From the NCBI GenBank assembly GCA_964016885.1, contig OZ024747.1, positions 41,912,001 through 41,976,000 on the forward strand: 64,000 nucleotides of DNA. Direction: 5' to 3'. The stretch is from Eledone cirrhosa (Eukaryota). This document shows, in pieces, positions 53,161-64,000 of this stretch (position 1 is its first letter; every line of letters begins with the position of its first letter). Both the position numbers and the translations under genes were made by a program. A model generated the notes under the pieces. That model searched no databases, had not been told where the DNA came from, and was given only the letters and a program-made list of their open reading frames with translations.

Positions 53161-55827
53161 CTATTTATTATCTACCTACTTAAAGTGACTTATTTTATTG
53201 CCTCCCTCACCCCCTTTCTGTAGACAGTCTGGCTGTAACCCCTCTCCACCTCACTTTACTTTGTAGTTGTTTTGTGTTTGTTTTTGTTTAGTGTCTCATA
53301 TTAGGTGAACTGGAGAAGTCCTGATTATCAGTTTAGGCTCTCTAATCAACTTAATCTTCTCGGAGCAATGAATATGAAACAGAAGGAATTTGAGACTTGC
53401 CATAAAACATGTGAAGGAAATCAAACCAGAGAAAGTAGACACAAGATGGTTGCTCAACCTGCTAGAAATAACCAATGGGGGAGGGTACATCGGATAATGT
53501 AGTCTTACATATACTATGCCTAAGATATAAAAAAAAAAAAGAGGGTGATCATAGCTGAGAATACTTTCAATCATAGTTGACAGCAACATGTGGAGGATCA
53601 ATTAAATCCAAGCTGTGTTGTATTGAAATGAATTTATAATGCAAACATGTAGGAAATGTTCAGTAGAAGGGAAGATATTCTCCCCAGGGAACTACAGAGA
53701 TTTCTGTGAGACTGGCTATGAAATGATATTGTTTGTGATGGGAAGAATCTTGATGGTGATAGATGAGAAGATGGGGACGGTAATATGGAGCCCCTGTTTT
53801 CTAGATTGGAATTAAAATTTAGGTAAGGATGGTGCACTTGATATTTTGGGGATATTTTTTTCCTTAAGCTTTTTGATACAAACCTTCAAAATTCTTCTTT
53901 GTTTTGAAAATTAATTGAAAAGTTTTACTATTATCATTAGAAATGTGGTAATGAAAGGGTTAAATTAATTAGTGAAAAAGTCACATATTTCACTAAATCC
54001 CTCTAGATTTTTGAATATTAACTGAAATTTCGAGGTGTGAATTTCTTGAGAAATATGGCCAGGGAAGTGTAAAGAATGATTTGATTGATTGATATCTTTG
54101 AACTTGATTTAGCAACTCATTTTTATTTTTTCTGTACTTTTAATTTGTCCTCATTTGAAAGTAAAAATTTAATGAAAAATTCCACTGGCAAATTTTTAGA
54201 ATTTTTCTGTACATTTACCAGGAAGCTGTTTAACCTTTATGTCATGTTGTAAATTTCATTTGACACATATATAAGTAATTACATCATCATTTTAGCCATT
54301 AACCCCCTCCCCCTGACAAAAACCTGTTAAATTCACTTTACATTTATCATTTATGTAGTAAAATTGTGTCAGTAACCAGCTTACAAAGAGCAAAGGTTTG
54401 ACACCACAAAATAAAAGATAAAACTAACTGCAAAGTTAATTTAACAGTTTGTGTGTGTGTCTGTTTGTATGTTAATGGCTAAAATGACTTTTGCACAATA
54501 TAATTACTTTATTTTCAATACCCTGTCACAAATGAAGTCGCTTACCAAACAAGTACAGCTCTGAAATTTCTTATAATTTCTTATATAATAAATAGGGGTT
54601 TTATAAACAAAGGGAATGTCATGTTGCATCATCATCATCATCTTTATTGTTTTTGATAATCAATATTATCACCACCATCAAAATTATCTTAATGTTTGCC
54701 ACCATCTCCTTGTTTTTTTCCTGCTGGCATGATTTAGAAACATAGCTCTCTCTGTGTGGAGTTTTCTTCATCTTGTCTTGGCATCTCAGACCCTCCTAAC
54801 ATTATTAGATCTATCATGATCTCTTCTTCCCCAACCCAAGGTTAGTATATATATATCAGATACATTCCATCACCATCCAATTAGAGAGCACATCTATAAT
54901 ATATAAACAGAATATAATGTTTCTATGCAGTTACCTATACTGCTTAAATTCTCTCAACAAACACTATACTGTTATGAAGCTCTTTAATAAAGATAGTATA
55001 AATCTCACCTAAACTATGAAAAGACCTTAGCATTTATATTATATTTACTATTGTATTTTCATGGTAAATACTCAATCACATAATATTGAATCTACGAGAT
55101 TTTGATATTATTTATTTTGAGAACAATACCTTAACATTAGGATGAGCAGCCAGTTATGGCCAGTTTGAACAGAAAGAGGTGAGAGAATTCTGACCAAATA
55201 CAATCGGTTTAAATACCAAACTGCCTGAAACTGTCCTGGATTTATAATACAAAACTGCTCATTTTAAAATGTTTATCCATATATTAAATCCTTCCACCAT
55301 AATTTTATTTAAGAGATGTTTGATAAGTAATATTCTAAATACCAGCTTATTAATGAAATAATTAATTATTTTACTAAATCACTCCCTCTAGATATTTGGT
55401 TAATTATATTTTCAAAATTAATAGGAACACAGTCAGTGATTATTTCATTAGAAATATGGAAAAAAAGGGTTGAGGGTTGGTGCATATCTTCATTTTTAGA
55501 ATCGGTGCAAGGTAACATTTCTAAGAGATCAGCCATGTGAGGTGATTCAATGGAGGATAAGGTGTTTTGTTGAGAGACGCAATGAAATACTAGCAATAGG
55601 TTTAATCTCTTGTTTTATGATCAGGCTGTCTAATAATCATCAAGCATGATCATAAACTAGAAATATTTAGTTCAGTCTGTACCTTAGATATGATCAAACA
55701 TGGTCATAACTAGACATACCAACTGAACATTTAGTTCATAGTTCAGTCATACATCTCTGTACTTTAGATATGATCAAATATAGTCATAACGAGAAATGTC
55801 AATTGAACATTTAGTTCAGTTATATAC

Positions 55828-56465
55828 CCTCTATCAGACACCTACCATACTCTGAACGCCTTGCTTCCCTGGGCATGGATTCATTGAAGCTCCGACGTCT
55901 GGCAATGGACTTGGTGAATACCCACAAAGTTTTTAACCATCTCGCCAATTGCAACCCTGAGCGCCTCTTTGATCTCCATGTGTCTAACACACGTGGACAT
56001 GCCTACAAGATCAGAAAACAGCACAGCTCCCATGACTTTCCTAGACATTTTTTCACGCTCAGAGTTGCTGAAGCATGGAACAAACTGCCTGCGTCAGTTG
56101 TTAGCTGCCGAGACACTGCATCCTTTAAGACACTCATGCTTCCCGAAATACGCCAAAACTACACCTGATGTACCCCTTCCATACACATGCACACATGTGT
56201 GTATCATGACTCGTGCACTGTTCATTTTACTGATGTTTGTGCATTGCCCTATGTACTGTACATGCACTTTTTTGATGAGTTGTGGTGCACCTGGGCACTG
56301 TACACAATATTTCATTATTGTTATTATTATTATATCATGACTCATACACTGTTCATTTTCCTGACATTTGTACATTATTCTATGTACTATACATGCACCT
56401 TTGATGAGTTGTAGTGCACCTGAGCACTGTACACAATAATTTCATTATTATTATTATTATTATTA
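55828..56465 (+). mobile_element. 3' end of a CR1-group LINE with duplicated 3' UTR segment and (ATT)n tail
   Basis: Encodes LPYSERLASLGMDSLKLRRLAMDL...SNTRGHAYKI...RHFFTLRVAEAWNKLP, the typical TRGH..K / FF..RV...WN.LP C-terminus. 3' UTR repeated at about 56205-56330 and 56335-56465. Confidence 0.8.
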
Positions 56466-57512
56466 TATCTGTATACCTTAGATATGATCAAACATGATTA
56501 TAACTAGATATACCAATTGAACATTTTGTTCAGTCATATATTTCTGTACTATTAAAGTTGGTTGGAGTTGACAAACAACCATTTACTCAGACATGGACAA
56601 AAACTGGGACAAGGTGGCAAGCAGGGTGACCTCTCTTACCCTGAAATGGGCTGAGAGAAAGGGAAGGTCGGGCAGAGTTCCAATCTTTATCAACTGTCTC
56701 AGGCACTTCACGTATGAATTGCCCATACATATTTTTTTCTTCCATCTATTCAATGTGTCATGCCTTCTGTCTTGTTTAAATTCTCCCTTTAGGACCTTTA
56801 TCGTTGTTACTCCTGCCATCAATCTTTCCTTTAAATTCTTTACATACCAGCTAAAAAATTGTTCCTTAATCAAGAGCAACACTTCATGTGATTATAGTTG
56901 TTGGCTCTGTCTTAAGGCTTTAAGATAACATAGAATTTAGAAATAAACTACATCAAATATACAACCTTCATCATGTAAATATTGTACATTAGCTATTTTT
57001 ATAGAAAACAAAACCAAAAAAAAACCTTCCCTTGTTTCTTGTATTTATGCTCTTTCTTTCCTATGTAAGAATGCAGAGATTTCTTATTGTAAGCTGATAG
57101 TTTTAGACAGTTTAGTAGCAAATAATATATTTTATGATACATACGTATGTGATGTGTGTGTGTGCATATGAATATATATGTGATTGCACATGTATGAATG
57201 TGTTTGTGTATGTATCTGTGTGAATATATATATATATATAAATGAAAATAGAGAAACTAATGTGAGCAAGAAGCCAACAGTATTTCATAATATATAAATA
57301 TATAAAAAGAAGAAAAGAAAGAAGAAAAAGAAAGAAAAAGAAAATTTTGCTCTACATGGCTGAATACAATAAATGTAATCTGAGTTTTTCGAATATTAAT
57401 AACATGTTCATTCTACTGACATGGCTATAAAATTGAGGCTTGTTTGTATAATTACAAACGTATTGAATGTTATTATTAATATTCGGAAAACTCAGATTAT
57501 ATATATATATAT

Positions 57513-57642
57513 ATAGGAATGAGTGGGACCCCGACGGCTGAGCTCAAGCCGTTTCGATGGCTAATTCTGGACTCAATTCTGGAGTCCAGAATTAGCCGTC
57601 GAAACGGTTTGAGCTCAGCCGTCGGGTCCCACTCGTTCCTAT
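57513..57642. repeat. GC-rich near-perfect palindrome (~61-bp arms, 7-nt loop)
   Basis: ATAGGAATGAGTGGGACCCCGACGG...TCTGGACTC aattctg GAGTCCAGA...CCGTCGGGTCCCACTCGTTCCTAT. Confidence 0.95.
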
Positions 57643-57717
57643 TACCCACTCTACTACCCTAAGTATTGAGTACTTTGGTGCGTTATGGTCCACCTGGTTC
57701 CTTACCACATTTCCTTC

Positions 57718-57754
<37 letters not shown>

Positions 57755-57948
57755 AGACACCAAGCAGGCTTTGTTTATAAACAGCTAGCGAATTTGAAAA
57801 TTAGGTAGTAACATATGCTTACGCCGTATTTGACTAAATAGAATTAGTCTGTTAGTTGGGATTTAAAAAAAAAACCCTCTGAATGGAAAAAATGATGAGT
57901 ATTGATGTATATAAGAAGAAATTAAAAGATGGTTAAAAAAGTCCCATG

Positions 57949-58017
57949 TATTTTATTATGCGCATTTCAAAAACAAATCATCCTGGGACGATATTTGCGT
58001 TCTCATCAGATAAAATA
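57949..58017 (-). ncRNA. Minimal type I hammerhead ribozyme motif (left arm, antisense copy)
   Basis: Exact reverse complement of 58103-58171. Confidence 0.75.
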
Positions 58018-58102
58018 GGGAGACATGATATGAATCAACATATGTTGATTAGACACTACCTTGCTCACAAGTGTCTTTTTTAAGCTTCATATCATGTCTC
58101 CC

Positions 58103-58171
58103 TATTTTATCTGATGAGAACGCAAATATCGTCCCAGGATGATTTGTTTTTGAAATGCGCATAATAAAATA
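58103..58171 (+). ncRNA. Minimal type I hammerhead ribozyme motif (right arm, TSC2 sense strand)
   Basis: TATTTTAT-CTGATGA-[stem II gaacgcaaat...atttgttttt]-GAAA-TGCGCA-TA-ATAAAATA. 8-bp stem I, perfect core boxes and a palindromic stem III. Confidence 0.78.
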
Positions 58172-58296
58172 CATGGAACTTTTTTTAACCATCTTTTAAT
58201 TTCTTCTTATATATACTCCAGTCCAATAAATTGTTGAGTGCTACTTATCCAATATTTGCATTGCTTTATTGTTCTACAATAAAACTCACCTCCTAC

Positions 58297-58352
<56 letters not shown>

Positions 58353-58519
58353 GGTGAGGTTGGTTTATCATTTTAATTTATACTTTTAATTTTAATGTTT
58401 TACCTATGCCTCTAGTAGCTTATATTCTCTTCATGCTGGTGGTTTGAAATTCCTGTAAAGAAAAACACACTCTTCTGTGTCTTTCGCCTCTATATATTGA
58501 ATATATATATATATAATAA

Positions 58520-58705
58520 TTGTTTCTACTTTTGGCACAAGGCCACCAATTACCCAGTTCATTACTGGTACTTTATTTTATCGACCTGGTAAGGATGAAA
58601 GGCAAAGTTAACCTTGACGGGATTTGAACTCAGACCGTAAAGGGACGTAACTATGCTGAAAAGCATGGCGTCTGACTCTCTACCGATACTGCCAATTCAC
58701 CGCCC
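58520..58705 (-). mobile_element. tRNA-derived SINE (young copy)
   Basis: Same family as 52974-53160. Flanked by tatataataat direct repeats. Confidence 0.88.
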
Positions 58706-59015
58706 TTATATAATAATAATAGGTATAAATAGAAGTTGTAGCCATAGTGTAGCAGATATAAATCAAATTGTTTAAGGCAGCCACAAAGCACTCATTGGCG
58801 TGTGAAAGGTTAATACATTTTCATCCAGAGTAAACACAAAAAGTTAAAGTGTGATACCAAGAATAAAGTGGCCATACTTAATACCACAACATCTATAAAT
58901 ACAAACAGGTCGACATGTTTGTATTTATAGATGTGATATTAATTATGGCCACATACATTTGGTTGCTTTATTTTTGGTGTCACAATTTCTTAACTTTTTG
59001 TTTTTACTCTGGATG

Positions 59016-59073
<58 letters not shown>

Positions 59074-59411
59074 GGAGGCACATGGCTTAGTGGTTAGAGC
59101 ATTGGCCTTGCAATCGAAAGGTTGTGAGTTCAATTCTCAGACCGGGTAATGTGTTGTGTCCTTGAGCAAGACACTTTATTTCACATTGCTCCAGTTTACT
59201 CAGCTGTAGAAATGAGATGATAGGGACTGGGGTCCCTATCATTCCACTGCAAAGTGGTCGTGGAGGTGCCACGGCAAAAAAGCACCCAGCACCCACTGTA
59301 AATAAGGTTGGTGTTAGGAAGGGCATCCAGCTGTAGAAATCAAGCCAGAATCAGTTCCCGTCCCACCCTTGCAAGCAGGGAAAAGTGGACGTAAAATGAT
59401 GATGATGATGA
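59074..59411 (+). mobile_element. tRNA-derived SINE with RTE-derived tail
   Basis: A and B boxes, a tail matching the LINE 3' UTR at about 770-990, and an (ATG)n end. Confidence 0.88.
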
Positions 59412-60986
59412 TTATATATATGTCTCCTAACCTCTTTATCATCTATTGCACCATTTAAGTGATAAATTTTTGGTGTCATTTTTTAATTTTTTATGTAATT
59501 TTTAAAGACATTTTATGACATTATGTGCATCATGTATTCTGTCTTTTTCCATATAGCGCTGGCCTCAGGGACCCCCCTGCTGGTCCTTTAACCTTGTTCT
59601 GGTGACGCAGCTCGATGGAGCATGCAACTTTGATATACTCTTGTTTATAGGCTCTGATGATTCCTGCCATAGGGTATGGATGAAACACTGTTAGCTAATA
59701 AAACAATGTATTTCTAAGCACTCTTTGGTTATTCCTATAACTATAACGGCTCTGTAGTATACTAGTTATCCTACATTGAGCTAAAACCACACTGTCATAC
59801 CAAGGGCAATATATCTGCGTGTCTGGGCATATTGATATATTTGTCAACGAAACTATATATATATGTCATCATTTAACATCCATTTTCCACACTAGCTTAA
59901 GTTAGACGGGTTGCCCTGTTGTGAGATAAGCCATGTTCAATGACCATCACTTCCTCATACAGGACTGGTTTGGGCTTGGCTTCTATGGCTGGATGCCCTT
60001 CCTAACACCAACCACATTTACAGTGTGTGCTGGGTACTTTTTATCGTGACACCTACACGACCACTTTACAGTGTGGGCTAGGCGCTATGTCGCCATCACA
60101 ACTACTTTACAGGGGGGTAGGGGAGGTAGATCTAGGGGTATGTGTGAGGGGGTGTTGTGTTTAGGCATGGGAGGTGCAAGAGGGAGAATGTTGTTTGAGT
60201 GTGTGTGAGGGGTGATTTGTTAATTCAAATGTTCATAGTATCATTACTAGTGGACAAATCTCTGAAAATTTGCAATATTAAAGTAAAGGTTTTCTCTCAC
60301 CAACCAATATGGACTGAGTACCTTTTTTGTCACCAACTGATATTGACTGGTTACCCTTTCTGTCACCAATCAGTATGGAATGGGTCCCCTTTCTATCACC
60401 AACCAGTATAGATTGGCTACCTTTTTTATCACTAACCACTATGGACTTGGTACCATCATCATCATCATCCTCATTTAACATCCATTTTTCCTGCTGTGTT
60501 TGATGAGTCTTCACAGACCACGTTAGTTCTCAAGTGGGGCTACTGACCTCTGAAATGTCCTAGGGGCCTGCATCTCGCTTACATACAGTCATGCACTCTA
60601 TCGAGTACATTTTATTGTGACACCAGCACTAGAGAAGTTTTTATGACTTTGACACAACTGTATGAACCCACCAACCCTTTGTTTGACTGGATGCCTTTCC
60701 TATCACCCACCTCTCTACAGTGTGTACTTGGTGTAATCATTGTATATATTACCAACACTAAGGAAATTGTCATGTCTTGGACACAACTGAAGGGTCCAAC
60801 AAGCCCTTTATTTGGCAAGTTTTCTATGACTGGATGCCCTTTCTATCACCAACCACTTTACAGTGTGTACTTGGTATGATTATCATATTTATCACCAACA
60901 CTAAGGAAATTGTCATGTCTTTGATACAACTGAAAGGCCCTAATATAGAACTAAAGATCTCTAATTTATCCATTTTCTAATTCCAG

Positions 60987-61094
60987 AATGCTGTGGCTGC
61001 CATATGGCAAGCTATCAAAGATTTGGTTGATTCTCCTGTTACAGAAGACAGGCACGTTGCATTGACTTTCCTGTTACATCTTATCAAGGGGCAG
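60987..61094 (+). CDS. TSC2: TSC2 third coding exon
   Basis: Encodes NAVAAIWQAIKDLVDSPVTEDRHVALTFLLHLIKGQ, cf. human [37 protein letters not shown]. ttttctaattccAG acceptor and GTAAGA donor. Confidence 0.88.
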
Positions 61095-64000
61095 GTAAGA
61101 AACTGTTCTTCTTTTGAATTAAGGTTTTATGTGTTGTTCAAAATTGTCATATTTCAAGTAAAAAAAATGTAAAAAAAAATATTCAGGTAAGTTTGATTGG
61201 GTACATGGCAATTTTTTCTTGAAGTGTCAAGAGTGAGACCACTGTAGTTAAGATTTGTTGTTATAGGTAATGAAAAGATAAACATTTCACAAATTAATGA
61301 TGATATAATTTGATGCAGTATTAGCTTAAATGAAACTGCTAATATTACCAAATCTAAAGTTTGCTTTGAACCCAGAAGCTCATCATGCTAGTGCTTATCC
61401 TGGTTTTCAGGGTTTGAAGTGACTGGGAGTACAAGACTTCTTCTGGACAGGACACCAATCCATTGCATGGTTAAACCCCCAGCTATTGCTGGTACTCATT
61501 TTCAGCTGAGCAACATGAAATGAAGTGTTTAGCTCAAGAACACAACACACAACCTGGTCCAGGAATCGAAGCCACAATATTTTAATCTTACCATCGATGG
61601 GGCACCAATTGTGGATTGGCCAGTGCTGAATATGTACTTGCTAGTTGAGAGGAGCAGGAGATGGCGTTGTCAAGTGTAAAAGCAGATTGATTCGTCATTT
61701 AGAATGGAAATAATAAAGGGGATGTTGTTTATGACCAAGATACTGGAAATAGGGCTGATAATAAATTGTTGGTTGTCTCAGATAAATAACCTGTTTTGAT
61801 GATACAGGATCCTCACATATTTACAGTAATTGGGATAGATACAGAGAGAGAGAGTACTATTTATGGGAATAGTGTTATCAGGGCCAATTGCTTTTTTGTG
61901 ATGGAAAAGTTTTTACATTTGGTACTGATGTGTAAGACATGCAAAATGGAAAAAAAAAGTTTGGGAAGGAATTTTGTTGTGGTCAGTGTGAAATAAAAAA
62001 AATAAATGGACAGCCAAAGATGTTCTGTTGGTACAAGATCTACTTACAGAAGCCATCTTAATTGAGATGTTATAAGTAAGAAGCTTCTGCAAAGTTTATG
62101 GCAAAGGACCAGAAGACTCGGCTATAATTTGATTTCACAAGTGAGCTTCAAGCTATTTGATGTATGAAGATATCCTTTGCTCCCCCGATAGTTGTCGTGC
62201 AGGTGTTGCTGTCATAAATAAACAACTTCTAGCTGATGGTAGTGGGTAAAATTATCTAGGTATTGTAGGCAGTACACTTTGCCTAAGGTGGTCCATTTAG
62301 GAGAGTTGTTAGAGCATTGGATATGTGTTCCTTGTCTCTGCATTCTAAGTTCAAATCCTGCCAAAGTCCACTTTACCTTTCATCCTTTTGAGGTTGATAA
62401 TGAAAGTACCAGTCCAGTGCAGATGTAGCTTTCTCTCACCTTCCAGCTTGTCGCATCTTGGTTGTTCTGCTGGATCAAGCGAGCAAGAGCCAATAGTTGT
62501 AGTACCATTTGCCTACACTGTTATAGAGCAGCTCTGAGTGAATCATTCATTGGTAGTACATAAAAACACATGAGATAAGTGTTATTCCATTTAAAATAAG
62601 TATTATTAACACAAACCATCAGTAGTTTCAGTTTAGTTTTCTTTGGCTACTATCATCATTTTATGTGTTTTCCTTACTACGATGGGTTCGATTGGCTATC
62701 ATAATCGGAGTCAGTTCTTATTTGAAGTTACTGCCTTCCTAGACAAGTTGAAGGACCTCACCTCTCTTCTATATTTCATTTTTGGCTGGATGTCTTTCCT
62801 AAAAACTAACACGAGATGGGTGTGTGATATTATCTTAAATTTCTGAATTAGCTTAAGATGCAACAAATAATTCAGATATTCCATTGTTGTAGCAAAAAGC
62901 ACCCAGTACACACTGTAAATGGGATTGGTGTTAGGAAGGGCATCCAGCCATAGAAACCAAGCCAAAATCAGATGTGTGCATTCAGTTTAGAATAGGTACA
63001 CCATATCCCTGCATGTTGTAAGAAGCAGTTAAAACGGTTTGTAGCAGGGAGAGCATCTGGCTGTAAAACAATACTCCCAAAAGTCACATCCAACCCATGT
63101 CAACATGGAAAAGTTGATGAAAAAATGATGATAAACACTTCAAAATACATAGCTTTGTATCATAGAAGCAGGTACATTTTCAAGCAGTTTGGTATCAAAA
63201 GTGTTAAGCTCTAAAATTGGGAAACAAGAGAAAATATTCAGTGCTAAAAAATGCATCTCACTTAATCCACTGATTTGATGGTGCAACAATAGAAATAGCA
63301 GAATGAACCATGGAATCATCATCATCATCATCATACGTCCATTTTCTACCCCATGCTAGCATGGGTTAGATGAGCTGTTCCATTGTGTGACAAGCCAGAT
63401 TGGATGACTGTGTCTTGCTCATGCAGAACATAACTTTATGTAAGAACCTTTGTTATATTCCAAACAGCAGCTTAATAATGAAAATGTTGATTATTTTAGA
63501 TATTATTTGAATATCATAAATAATGTCTTTCATTAGAAATATAGTGATGAAAGGGTTTAGGTGTTTGTATTTATCTAAAAAATCTTCTATCCTAGTCAAT
63601 TATATTATTGGTGGATTGGTAGAGTGCCAGACACTATACTTTGCGACACAGAGTTATGGCTCTTTGCATTCTGAGTTCAAATCCTGCTGAAGTTAGCTTT
63701 GCCTTTCATCCTTAGGGGGTCGATAAAATAAAGCACCAGTAATGCACTGGGGTCAATTTGATCGGCTTTCCCTGTCACCCACAAAATTGCTGGCCTTGTG
63801 CCTTTAGTAGAAATCATTATTAAATCCTTTCAAATTCTTGATCAAAGTTATTTGAAAATCGTAGACTGTTTTTCAATAAGAAATATGGCAATGAAATGGT
63901 TAATGTTGTATCTTGTTAGAAATCTTATTATAGTCAATGAGTTAATAGAAAAATCTTAGCTGTTGATGCCACTACTGTGTAATAGATACTGTACTTATCT

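Larger units (their letters stand above)
57908..58212. repeat. Long inverted repeat (~127-bp arms, ~50-nt structured spacer)
   Basis: 57908-58034 is the near-exact reverse complement of 58086-58212. Confidence 0.95.

Noticed and set aside
56583-56928. ORFs of 99-111 aa on both strands
   Set aside because: These look like a frameshifted non-LTR retrotransposon scrap (RWKKK.M.GQF.RE), not a host exon.

Overview
AT-rich, intron-rich eukaryotic DNA. The SINE/LINE repertoire and microsatellite load suggest an octopus-like coleoid cephalopod; this is an inference from repeat style. Two spliced genes are arranged head-to-head, with start codons about 9.7 kb apart. NPRL3 (GATOR1 subunit) is on the minus strand with 12 coding exons from 17061 to 4520, about 468 codons, and its 3' end lies outside the window. 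TSC2 (tuberin) is on the plus strand with its first three coding exons at 26753-26890, 33764-33850 and 60987-61094. Both encode negative regulators of mTORC1. Introns and the intergenic region contain RTE-clade LINE remnants, two tRNA-derived SINE families (one shares its 3' tail with the RTE LINE), Tc1/mariner remnants, a DINE-1/Helentron-like element, TTAA-flanked MITEs and minisatellites derived from TE segments. The most striking signals lie in the 27-kb second coding intron of TSC2. One is a 5'-truncated Penelope-like element (RT C-terminus plus GIY-YIG) with inverted pseudo-LTRs and a hammerhead ribozyme motif. The other is a 1.6-kb cluster of four long palindromes separated by (TA)n tracts, one of which carries a complete minimal hammerhead motif on each strand.
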